Assembly: GCA_002633005.1 (NCBI GenBank)
Contig: NMRA01000955.1
Location: forward strand, 31,225 to 81,626
Length of the DNA: 50,402 bases
Source of the DNA: Phoronis australis
Taxonomy: Eukaryota > Animalia > Phoronida
Direction of reading: 5' to 3'
Position 1 is the first letter of the stretch, and the number at the start of each line of letters is the position of its first letter. The notes under the pieces are model-generated. The model was not told where the DNA came from. It made no database searches and saw only the letters and a program-made list of their open reading frames with translations. The position numbers and the translations under genes were made by a program. This document shows, one piece after another, positions 12,369 to 23,772 of this stretch.

Positions 12369-14331
12369 TGACCTATCCCCAGGATTATGATGGACGGCTT
12401 AATTGACCCGCAGCATTTTTGGCACACCTTCGTCTGCGTTTCCAAGCCGACAAACCACACGCAGTCGAATAAAACTTACTTTAGTCTATAGCTAAAGAAA
12501 TTGTCCGCTAAGAATGGGGAAACGGTGTTGATAAGGCGTGTGTAGCACCAACTGCCGTTATGCTGCTCCAGAATAATATCCCGTCATTTTTGGCATGTCC
12601 TAAGCCGAAAAGTGATGTTGAAAAGCGTAAACTATGGAACAAACTGTACGGCCACACGAGCAGCTACACTTAGCGATGTTGCTTGATAACTCGAAGGCTG
12701 TTATAAACACAAATATATTAGTTCCAAGATACGCACTTTTCAGCTTGGTGGCTATGGTGCAGGTCTATCTCAGATTTTGACTCCCGAGTCGACTACGTCT
12801 GGCCGCCTTTGTCTCGCCACCTGCTGGATCTCAGCACTCTAGCGGTAGTCCCCGGAAATTGTTGTTTTCGAGGACATTTTATTTTATGTTGTTTATTTAT
12901 TTCAACCTAATGGACATTATTTTGTTTCGTATCAAAGGTACATTTTTGTTCTTCATAAACCGTAAGCTGGCATTCAACTGAACTTCTCTCCCGGTCAAAA
13001 TTCAAAGATTCGATCGGCACAGGGAAGGGCACTGGATTACTGCCGGAACTCAAAGCCTTGGTCGAGTTGTTGTCACTAAAAATTAACTGTTGAATTACTT
13101 TTTGACGTGTACCAGGTACACTATACACTATGTCTGTAGAGTTAGAGAGAGCTCATTTTGAAGTTGTTCAAACATGATATTTAGATTTATGAAGCTTTAA
13201 AAAATAATTTGAGTTATTTTTGTAAATACCCTATTTTTGCAACTACCACACCAGATTTGTAATCTTTTGTAACCATACCACGACTTAGTGATCATGCTAC
13301 CTTCAAAATTATATGAAAGCTACCTTTATGGAATGAAACTACAAAAAAATGCCAAGTTCATAAGAAGGTAGGCCTAATTTAAATGTCTTAATGGTGCAAA
13401 CGGACAATTCCATAGGCNGGGGGGGGGAGGGGGCAGGGGCAGGGGCCCCACCTCCCCCCCTTGGCTGCCTCAAGCAAAATGAAACAGCAAGAGCGTGAGG
13501 AAATACTGAGTTCAGTAACTAGGACTGGTAGCGCAAGAGAGGGGGCTCAGACCCCAGATCGCGGCGGAATCGTGTTCATGTTTTTCCACGAGGCAACATA
13601 TGTTGGCCTCCCCTGTGGTATCTTAGATCCGCCACTGAATTCCAGACATTAATTTTACTTAGACACAAGCCTAGACCTACCGGAGCTAACTGTTTGGCCA
13701 GGACAAGATGAGTGTGTACCTGCAGCTATGAACCTGAATTTTTTGATCAAAATATTTCGTTACAAGATTAGAAAAGCGTAAACAGTGCTATCGAGTCGAC
13801 CTAGTCAGACACTATAGTGCATTTATTGTCTGTAATCTATGACTTACTTTACTCCAGGAGTCCCACCAGTTGTGACCTACTTTTCATTTGGCGATATTTA
13901 GCAGACGACAGAATAACAATATCGGTGAATCTTCACTGATTTTATTCGAAAGGTCTTGAAATCTATGGAATCTTACAGATAATTCGACTTTAAGGTACAT
14001 ACCCAGCTTAACATGAACATATCGTATCAGTGGCCTTGTCATTTGTTAGGTGAAGGGGCCCCGAGGCCGAGGTGTTCTTCGGATTTTTGCTGGCTCCTTG
14101 AGCACTTATTTTTTCATGGTCACCTTTACAAATTTCCATATCATGAACGTAGGATTCACTGTTGAAAAGCATAGATTCTTGTCTCTGTCGACGCGTTTTC
14201 AAATAGTACAAAAACACTCATCGATTCCACCAGGAACGTCGTTTAGAGACAGTGTATTTGCCTCTGACATCTCGTTCGAATGTCGGGTATCACGTGACGT
14301 TTCGCATAGGGGCGGAGCTTGCGATAGGTCA
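12369..14331 (+). mobile_element. ISL2EU-like non-autonomous element, family B copy 1
   Basis: AT|TGACCTATC...GATAGGTCA|AT (AT TSD); decayed THAP from ATG 12514 (MGKRC..GVCST..RY / PKPKSDVEKRKLW / PHEQL / YISSK) and a convergent SWIM-type remnant (SYVHD...ICSC). Confidence 0.82.
13411..13637. mobile_element. hAT-like MITE with 5-bp TSD nested in B copy 1 (internally deleted)
   Basis: CATAGGC...GATCCGCCACTG flanked by AATTC/AATTC; single N at 13418. Confidence 0.75.
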
Positions 14332-14519
14332 ATTTTAGCAGCAGAATAACGGTAGAATGCCATTTTTGCCAACACCGTTAAATAATTTAATTACTCAAGG
14401 AAGACTGTAGTTTTTAATGACGCTAATTTTGTGTCAGATTTTATCTTACCACTTTTTTACCCGCAATGGTGCAAAGCTGTATATTTATATACAGCTTTGT
14501 ACCATGGCTAAGCGAGGAC

Positions 14520-14607
14520 TAGCCTTGGTACAAAGCTGTATATAAATATACAGCTTTGCACCGATGTGGGTAAAAAAGTGGTAAGATAAAATCTGACATA
14601 AAATAGC
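14520..14607. mobile_element. E3: left terminus of a third Academ-like element
   Basis: TAGCCTTGGTACAAAGCTGTATA... is the reverse complement of the E2 right end (14422-14510). Its distal end was not found. Confidence 0.7.
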
Positions 14608-15493
14608 TACATTTTCAAAATGAAAATAATGTATTGCCCATGAAGCAACGGTCCAATCTATCACGAATCAAAGATCGAATGTGAAGACACTTTCACGTTT
14701 GTTATTCAAAACTGGTTGCATTGTCTTTAACCTAATGTACAAACACCACACACTTTCAACCATTATTACTGGTGTTACTCTACAGATGTGAACTATCTCA
14801 TGTAACAGTGACACATTAAAACATTGTGAATTCGTTCACAAGGGACTGTAGAGAACAGTCCAAAACATTTGAGCTCTTAAATCTTCAGTCTCAGAGTAAG
14901 TTAATTTTACTTATACCATACCTTCGAGGGCTCGACGCTATTAAAATCGCCTGGTCGCATTTTGCGACCTAGCCAAAATCCCAGGTCGCATTTTCAAAAT
15001 CCAGCTCGCATTAGTAAATGCCGGGTCGCAAAATTTTCCCGCCATTTTTACATGCTAAAATAGATTTTTTAGATCATCGAGAAAATGTTTAGATTATGCT
15101 CTTACCTGCAGCGTTAAATACTCACAAATTTCGTATCTCAAAATTGACTTCATTCATGCAGGTACGGCCTTACTGTTCTTCACGACTGCCATTGAAAGAC
15201 TCTAGAGCGCAAGGCAAGTTGCCGACGTGAAAGTTGAAGCAGTGCTCTCTAACTGACTTGTGCATTCGAGTAGCTAAATTTGCAATGTGAAAAGGGCGAA
15301 AATGTCCGTTGAAAAAGTATCCGGGATTTTGTTAGATCTGGCCTGCTACTGGCTGTCCTCAAAGTCGTTAAAGATTCAAACTAACTTGGGTAACGGCGAG
15401 TTTGCTCTTCAATACCTTCCAAGTACGGAAAAAATAGGTCAGTCACAAAACGACACGCATGTCACTAGTGTTAACTTTCTTTCCGAGGTATAA

Positions 15494-16005
15494 NNNNNNN
15501 NNNNNNNNNNNNNNNNNNNNNNNNNNNNNNNNNNNNNNNNNNNNNNNNNNNNNNNNNNNNNNNNNNNNNNNNNNNNNNNNNNNNNNNNNNNNNNNNNNNN
15601 NNNNNNNNNNNNNNNNNNNNNNNNNNNNNNNNNNNNNNNNNNNNNNNNNNNNNNNNNNNNNNNNNNNNNNNNNNNNNNNNNNNNNNNNNNNNNNNNNNNN
15701 NNNNNNNNNNNNNNNNNNNNNNNNNNNNNNNNNNNNNNNNNNNNNNNNNNNNNNNNNNNNNNNNNNNNNNNNNNNNNNNNNNNNNNNNNNNNNNNNNNNN
15801 NNNNNNNNNNNNNNNNNNNNNNNNNNNNNNNNNNNNNNNNNNNNNNNNNNNNNNNNNNNNNNNNNNNNNNNNNNNNNNNNNNNNNNNNNNNNNNNNNNNN
15901 NNNNNNNNNNNNNNNNNNNNNNNNNNNNNNNNNNNNNNNNNNNNNNNNNNNNNNNNNNNNNNNNNNNNNNNNNNNNNNNNNNNNNNNNNNNNNNNNNNNN
16001 NNNNN
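15494..16005. other. Assembly gap (512 N)
   Basis: Run of N; ORFs crossing it are artefacts. Confidence 0.99.
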
Positions 16006-16755
16006 GGGGGGTGTATAAAGAGAAGAATGAAATGTTCAATAACTTGAACCACAATTTCGCATCTAGTGCCAGTTTAGTTGCAATAGCTGGCTACGGGCAT
16101 AGAATACAGGGTTTACAGAACATCGACCTCGGGAAACATCGTAAGAGGAGAACGTCAGTTCTGGGTTATATCGGTCCCGGGACATCGGGTCTTTTATAAC
16201 CGCTGGGAATCTGAGTTCAATTTCAAATAAACCAGAGCCAAGACGGTATACTCTTTCATTTAGAACTGTCGCTGTTCTTTGAAGTGGTGTGCACGCATGA
16301 GTTCACGCACTTGAATCGCTGGAGTAGGCCTACACTTTACGTTGGCAACAACGTGTGAAAGACAAATCATATTTTGCGCACGTAGCCCCAGAAACAAGTA
16401 AAGGGTTTCAGAATTTCTTGGCAACTGAAAGTAAAGACGTGACCGTCGTTTGGCGATTAATAAGGGTGTCATTTTCACTTTGGCTGTCTTAATACGATAA
16501 AAAGGAGAAGCACATCTCAGTCTAAGTCTGCCGGGACTGCGTGCGCGTTAACGGTGCCGCAGTGCGATATCAGGGATATTGTCATGGACATTTGGTACAT
16601 GTAATAAGGACATCTTCTGTGAAAAATAAATATTTTTGTCCACCACAAAGTTTGGTAAGTTGATCGCTTAAGAATTAATAGAAACACCGTTATTTTGTGA
16701 AGTTTTATCACGTGTTAAGCAGTGGCCTGAAACTTTCTTCGGCGAATCCGGGAAT

Positions 16756-18826
16756 TGACCTATCGCAAGCTCCGCCCCTCTGCGAAAAGTCACGTGATAC
16801 TCGACATTCGAACAAGATGGCAGAGGCAAATACACTGTCTCTAAACGACGTTCCTGGTGGAATCGATGAGTGTTTTTGTACTATTTGAAAACGCGTCGAC
16901 AGAGACAAGAGGCGATGCCTTTCAACAGTAAATCGTACGTTCATGATATGGGAATTTGTAAAGGTGACGATGAAAAAATAAGTGCTCGAGGAGCCAGCAA
17001 AAATCCGAAGAACCCCTCGGCCTCGGAGCCACATTCACCTGACAAATGACAAGGCCACTGATACGATATGTTCATGTAAAGCTGGGTATGTACCTTAAAG
17101 TCGAATTATCTGTACGATTCCATTGATTTCATGATCTTTCGAATAAAATCAGTGAAGATTCACCGATATTTTTATTCTGTCGTCTGCTAAATCTCGCCAA
17201 GTGAAAAGTAGGTCACAACTGGTGGGACTCCTGGAGTAAAGTAGGTCATAGTTTACAGACAACACATGCACTATAGTGTCTGACTAGGTCGACTCGATAG
17301 CACTGTTTGCGCTTTTCTAATCTTGTAACGAAATATTTTGATCAAAAAATTCAGGTTCATAGCTCAGGAACATACTCATCTCGTCCAAGGCAAACAGCTC
17401 CTGTAGGTCTAAGGCTGTGTCTAAGTAAAATTAATGTTTGGAATTCAGTGGCGGATCTAAGATACCACAGGGGGGGCCAACATATGTTGCCTCGTGGAAT
17501 TGGGCATAGTGCGATTGTATGTGCACAGGCGGCCCGAAAGTTGCAGGGGCCAGGGATGTAGACCGTTGGACCTTCTGTTCAGAAAATCTATCGGTGGACT
17601 AAAAAAAACAGCCAGGAACACGATTCTGCCGCGATCTGAATTCTGAGCCCTCCTCTTCCGCTACCAGTCCTAGTTACTGAACTCAATATTTCCTCACGGT
17701 CTTGCTGTTTCCTTTTGCTTGCGGCAGCCAAGAGGGGGGGGCTGGGGAGCCTGCTCGTACCCCCACCCCCCTAAACCCGCCTATGGAATTGTCCGTTTGC
17801 ACCATTAAGACATTTAAATTAGGCCTACCTTCTTATGAACTTGGCTTTTGTTTTGTAGTTTCATTCCGTAAAGGTAGCTTTCATTTAATTTTGAAGGTAG
17901 CATGATCACTAAGTCGTGGTATGGTTACAAAAGATTACAAGTCTGGTGTGGTAGTTGCAAAAATAGGGTATTTACAAAAATAACTCAAATTTTTTTTAAA
18001 GCTTCATAAATCTAAATATCATGTTTGAACAACTTCAAAATGAGCTCTCTCTAACTCTACAGACATAGTGTATACTAGAGGTACACGTCAAAAAGGTAAT
18101 TCAATAGTTTATTTTTAGTGACAACAGCTCAACCAAGGCTTTGAGTTCCGGCAGTAATCCAGTGCCCTTCCCTGTGCTGATCGATTCTCTGAACTTTGAC
18201 CGGGAGAGAAGTTCAGTTGAACGCTAGCTTACGGTTTATGAATAACAAAAATGTACCCCTGACACGAAACAAAATAATGTCCATTAGGTTGAAATAAATA
18301 AAAAAAACCATAAAATAAAATGTCCTTGAAAACAACAATTTCTGGGGACTACCGCTAGAGTGCTGAGATCCAGCAGGTGCCGAGACAAAGGTGGCCAGAC
18401 GTAGTCAACTCAGGAGTCAAAATCTGAGATAGCCCTGCACCATAGCCACCAAGCTGAAAATGCGTATCTTGGAAGTAATATATTTGTGTTTATAATAGCC
18501 TTCGAGTTATGAAGCAACATCGCTAAGTTCAGCTGCTCCATAGTTTACGCTTTTCAACATCATTTGTTGACTTAGGACATGTCAAAAATGACGGGATATT
18601 ATTCTGGAGCAGCATAACGGCTGTCGGTGCTACACACGCCGTATCAACACCGTTTCCCCATTCTTAGCGGACAATTTCTTGAGCTATAGACTAAAGTAAG
18701 TTTTACTCGACTGTGTTTGGTTTGTCGGGTAAAACGGCGGCTTGGAAACGCAGACGAAGGTGTGCCAAGAATGCTGTGTTATGATTGGTCAATTAAGCCG
18801 TCCGTCATAATCCTGGCGATAGGTCA
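16756..18826 (-). mobile_element. ISL2EU-like family B copy 2 (inverted)
   Basis: Reverse complement of copy 1 throughout; same TIR and AT flanks; 16817-17085 reads MAEANTLSLNDVP...SYVHDMGIC...DTICSCKAG|GTATGT with frameshifts. Confidence 0.85.
17446..17785. mobile_element. Same MITE nested in B copy 2
   Basis: CAGTGGCGGATC...CCGCCTATG with GAATT/GAATT TSD. Confidence 0.8.
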
Positions 18827-19771
18827 ATTTACAAAAGTGGCCGAAAGTGTTAGCCAATGAAACGCGTCAAAGATCGATTCTGCATATCCCATGTTCACGT
18901 GACTTGCTTACAAGTCATCGGGAGGGCTGTTCTCGGTTAGTGTTCTTTTGAACTTGGATTTGGCAACAACCAAATAACGGTCGGATTAACAAGAGCTGCT
19001 TTGTATTTGCCAAGTATCTGTTGAGAAGTGTAAAAACTCAGCTCGCATTCGTTGGAAATTCCAGGTTGCATTTTGCGACTTGATACGACCTGACAAAAAT
19101 GTCAGCTCGCATTTCCAAATTTCAGGTCGCAAATGCGACCTCCAGCTCGTTATGTTGAGCCCTGCCTTCACCGAGACTATGAAAAACCTTTTTTTAATGA
19201 GACACATTAAAACCAGGTTAATTTATATCACCCTGTGCAGAGACGATCGGGCACCAGCACGCAATGTGATAAAAGCTTGGCAACCCCATTGTACAATTGA
19301 AACTCTAGCCGCAACATAGCAGCTTACCACCATAAAATTGAGTCTGCTGATGGCCAGTTGACAAAGTCAGCAGTAGGACTTGCCTGGGGGTCACGGTATG
19401 AGTCAGCTGAAAATTAGCTGAACGATAGGTAGACCGGTTGACAACCAGCCGTCAACCAGGGGGACAAAAATTTGTGATGTTTGCTGTATACCTGTGTCAA
19501 CTGTAACAGAACCTGCCGTTCTAGAAACAGACTTTTTATGCCCAGCCGATGCTGCAATCCAACCAAGGACTGACAGTAGGTGCAAATCCACCGTCTCTCG
19601 AGACTGCTGTCAATCATACTGTAATGACTGCATTTATTTTGTAATTTGTGAAACTCTAAAGAGTATATAATGTTACAAAACACATACATATAATGAAAAC
19701 CACGAACCTTAAAACTGTTGGCTGACTCATGTGAGAGAAAAGTATAAAAACCTCATTGTTTTCCATTTCAG

Positions 19772-19901
19772 GTTTGCGCTCTGGTAAAATGGGTGAGCAG
19801 TGCGAGGCCATAGTGAAATTTCCAGGTTTATTCGAAAAGTATCCATTTCCCATTTTAATCAATTCTGCATTTCTGAAACTCGCTGATGTTTTCAGAGTAG
19901 G
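19772..19901 (+). CDS. INTS7: INTS7 exon 2
   Basis: TTTCAG acceptor; GLRSGKMGEQCEAIVKFPGLFEKYPFPILINSAFLKLADVFRVG; GTAAGT donor; 130 nt. Confidence 0.96.
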
Positions 19902-20231
19902 GTAAGTTAGTTGTTCAGGATACTAATAATTATTGAGTTCATCAATATTTGTGTTAAATGCCTGAATCTTATTCTTAGTTTTAACATTTAGGCATTGCCC
20001 TTAAAAATGAAACTTAAAATTGATATAATGTTTTCTTTTTGTTCTGAGAATTAGATTGATTGTGACTGACTGATAAGATATATTTTTAAAAGATTCAGAA
20101 AGAATGCAGTGGTAAACTATATGTAACCTGTGTCTCCTTAAGTTTAGGTAGTAAGAATAGGAATACACAAACAGTTAATAATTGTTTTGGGTATCCTTGT
20201 GAAAATGTAACTATGCAACTCACTGTTTCAG

Positions 20232-20378
20232 AATCAATTTTCTTCGACTGTGGGTACTGAGGGTGTTCCAGCAGAGTGAGAAACACCTGGATAAAATCCT
20301 CAACATTGATGAATTCCTTCGCAGAATATACATGGTCATACATAGTAACGACCCTGTAGCGAGGTCGCTTACTCTCAG
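20232..20378 (+). CDS. INTS7: INTS7 exon 3
   Basis: TTTCAG acceptor; INFLRLWVLRVFQQSEKHLDKILNIDEFLRRIYMVIHSNDPVARSLTLR; GTATGT donor; 147 nt. Confidence 0.96.
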
Positions 20379-20739
20379 GTATGTGGCCCCCATTATGGGC
20401 AGGCTATGAGAAATTGCTTAGTGTTCATTATCTCATGACTGGCTAAAAGCAATTTAATCCAGTCACAGGCTTCAGTCAGTGAGACCTTGTTAATGGTAAC
20501 CTTTACTACACAAGCGGGTTTATAAAGTACTACTTTCAGCCCTGTTACAGACCTGTGTAATATGTACAAAAATGCGGATTCGTAGGAAAAGTTTAGCTTG
20601 TAGTACACAAGTATGCAAGACTACGCAAAAACACGCAAATTTGAAATAGATTATTTACAGAGTTGTTACTCATTTAGTGAGTTGCTATCAGGAGAAATGG
20701 ATGAAGATTTGCAATTTATAAATTAAAAAGAATATGTAT

Positions 20740-20862
20740 CAAGGCTTGGAATTTTCCGCGGAAACACGGATTTCTGCTTTTTTCTCGTATACCCTCCACG
20801 CAATATGTATTTGGGTCAGTAAAAATTTTCCTCTTTTTTGTCATGGGTCATTCGAAGCCTTG
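20740..20862. mobile_element. ~123-bp MITE
   Basis: CAAGGCTTGGAAT / ATTCGAAGCCTTG inverted ends; flanks ATGTAT/ATGTAG. Confidence 0.6.
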
Positions 20863-21813
20863 ATGTAGACATATTATTTTAACTATAAAACATAAGCTGC
20901 GTAGTCGGAGACTTGCTCCAATTAATTCTAAATGTAGCAAGATAATAGAGGAATTGCATCATTGCCAGGCTAAACTTTCCGTGGTTGATGGATACTTTGG
21001 CTATGTCTGGCTAATTACGTAGTGTTGTCAAAATGGCAAAGCATGATAGGCTGTATATTCCAAACTGTGAAGTAAATAGCTTCTGAAAGAAGGGAACATT
21101 CTGTTTTTCCACAATTTTTATTAGACTGGCATTGTCTTATCAAAGTGACCGTTGAATTTATGTTGCAAGTGGTGTAATGCATTTTTTCTTGCGCCCCTGG
21201 TGGCTGTGGCACGTTGAGGCATTGGTCGAGATTGTTTGACTGGCAGTAAGGTGGTCCGAGTTTATGGACGCTTTCAAACTTTTGAGAACATGTCATCTGA
21301 CATAAAACATTGATCAGTGCACTGCCAGATTCATGAGCACTTATTTGCAGGTATGTTTTTGGTTTAAGAAACGAGCATAACGTTTGTAGCAAGGAACTCT
21401 CTATTATGTATTATATAACGGTTCATGGTATCTATTACCATGTATTTTTACATAATTATGTAACTTTAGTAAGTTACCTTTCCATACTACAAGCAACTAT
21501 ACACCTTAGAGAATTCTACAAATTGGTTGAAAATCTCCATTCACATATATTAAACAGTTTTGAAAGGTGAATAACTGGGAAAAGAACCAACTGAACACAG
21601 TTTCATGATACATAACATGTTCGAATTTTCGATGTTTGGTTTTAATGCAAATTTTCTGAAAAATCTCCAAATCTGGTGTCCAAAATACTCAAATTTAAAA
21701 GCAGTTTTAGTGGTACACATGCCTGCTCTTAAGCTAAGGATCTTTGCTTCAGGCTTTCAGGCTACATTAATACTGTAACCAGCTGATTTCAAATAGCAGA
21801 AATTCTTGCTTAA

Positions 21814-23474
21814 AGGAGAATGCCACCCAATTTAATTAGTCTTTTTTGCCGTCTTAATCGGTCTATTTCCACATCGCCTCGCATACGGTCGACCTTACCT
21901 TGCTGAGAGGTGTCGCGTTAACCTGTGAGGAAGGTAAGAAACGACACAGCGACGTCAGTGGTTCATTTGCAGAGTGAATGCCGCTATGTTGAGGTGCATC
22001 GTTCCCGCTTGTCTGAACTATGCAGCTGCGAGAAAAGCGGGTATACCATTTTTTTTTACTTCCTCGAGAGTTCGAAATGCTTAGGAAGTGGCTTGCAGTA
22101 GTGAAAATGAAAACTACGCTGTAAGTGGCAAGTATGAGGCCGTGAAACATCTCCTTGTCTGTGGCCTGCAGTTGTCGACAATGCCTGACGAATGCCGGCT
22201 TACCAAATAACTATCCACACGTTCCGTTGTCTGAGCTTGTTCACGGCGCCTCTCTATAGTATTTCACTGCATTCGAGTTCGAACTGATAACCTGTGAAAC
22301 TTAGCGATCCACCTGCGAAGTCTTCGTCCGGATGAGCTCTCGTCTAAGTCGGGATTGCGAGTTGCCATGTTGATATTTATTGGGCTACTGAGCGTTCTGT
22401 TTCAAAATAAATTATTGTCATCCTAACCAATACTTATATCAAACTGAAACAAAGTTTGTCTCATTAGATGCAACTTGTAATGCCTTTGGAGTGCTCATGA
22501 GTGCACATGATTTGAGAAGCCAGCATTGAATAAATCACTACGGTTACCGGCTTTAGGTGCAATAAAACTAACTGACGGGACACCGAGGCCATGTGAGCGC
22601 ATGCTAATTCAGTGTTTGCTGACAGAAACTGTTGTGAAAAAACTATCCCATGGCCAGGTGTTAGGGGAATCTTTATTTACATTTACATTACTCAAATAAT
22701 GATTGTCAATTTACAACTTCTGCCCTGACTGTTCTGTGGCCAAAGCAGAACCTGAATTCGCGGCCCCTGACGAGTAAGTAGATTTGCAGTTTGGTGGCTA
22801 ATTCACATTCATAATCACATGCACATTACTTCTTTGGCTCACTAGTGTAGTATTTTCTTTACTGGAAGTTTAGTTTCCAACTTTGGCTGGTTTACGTTCA
22901 TGATGTCTTAAGTCCGGTTTGATCGTTTCCAAGCCGCTGGCTGGGATAACGGGTCAGTGCGGCCGCAATGGGACTGATCGGGCTCCGAGCCACTGGCAAG
23001 GATAACAAGCGTTTTGTGTGTTTAGAACTCAAAAAATCACAAGTATAAACAACACAAATCAAGGTTCTCCTGTCTGTATCTCACAGAAAAATACTTCAAA
23101 TTTATCTCTGAACAGACCCCAAACTCCTGCTACGGACCTTATTGGCCTGCCGAACTTTGTAGGGTACGGTGTGTCCAAATACCAATAAATCCGTAACTGC
23201 GAAATAAAACAACATGTTTTTATTATTAATTGTTTTACATCGGAGTTTGATGATTTATTGCTGTTAAACGAATTCAAGCGATAAGCTGACACCAGTAACC
23301 TGTGTTGTGAACCGCTGAACAGACTGCGTGTGAAACCAATTACGTCATTGGATAATTTCAACACATCCGTCTGCCGTCAGGTGTGGGGTAACGCAACCGA
23401 ACGTGCCGTTATCGAGTAGAACTACTCGATCTAAATTGATACAAATTAGATTGTTTTTTGGGTGGCATACTCCT
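21814..23474 (+). mobile_element. Kolobok-like non-autonomous element, family K copy 1
   Basis: TTAA|AGGAGAATGCCACCCAA...TTGGGTGGCATACTCCT|TTAA. RR...YY ends with TTAA TSD fit Kolobok rather than piggyBac. Confidence 0.88.
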
Positions 23475-23634
23475 TTAATGTGTGTCCATGATCATCTGCT
23501 CCAAAGATACTTCTGGCAATGTGTTGATAGTTCTTAAGTTTGTGTGTGCCATTTTTCATCACATGCTTCTGGTGTACCTGTTTGGAACTCTCTAGTAACT
23601 GTAGACAGTTTGCCTCACTGGTACTTTTCCACAG

Positions 23635-23772
23635 GACCCTTGGCAGTATTGCTGTGATTATTCCTGAGAGGAAGAATGCTCATCACTCTATACTGAATGG
23701 ACTTGACTCGCATGACTCTGTAGAGATGGGGGCTGCTATGTATGCTGCTTCACATTTTGCAGCTCAGTCAAA
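23635..23772 (+). CDS. INTS7: INTS7 exon 4
   Basis: CCACAG acceptor; TLGSIAVIIPERKNAHHSILNGLDSHDSVEMGAAMYAASHFAAQSK; GTAAGT donor; 138 nt. Confidence 0.96.

Larger units (their letters stand above)
11784..14510. mobile_element. E2: rearranged TAG-terminal Academ-like element hosting ISL2EU-like copy 1
   Basis: Starts TAGCC, ends GTACCATGGCTA, bounded by AGTGAGGAC and AGCGAGGAC. Most of the left TIR is replaced by internal sequence related to ~3850-4160. Confidence 0.65.
14926..19164. mobile_element. hAT-like element with 5-bp TSD spanning the gap and hosting B copy 2
   Basis: Ends GAGGGCTCGAC / GTTGAGCCCTG; CCTTC on both sides (14921-25, 19165-69); GGTCGCA/TGCGACC subterminal repeats at both ends. 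Confidence 0.72.

Noticed and set aside
15443-16199. 193-246 aa ORFs in the ORF track
   Set aside because: They read through the N gap.
19371-19379. CAGTAGGAC as the closing fourth TSD of the Academ stack
   Set aside because: Only a partial match to AGYGAGGAC, and not preceded by a CTA terminus or TIR.
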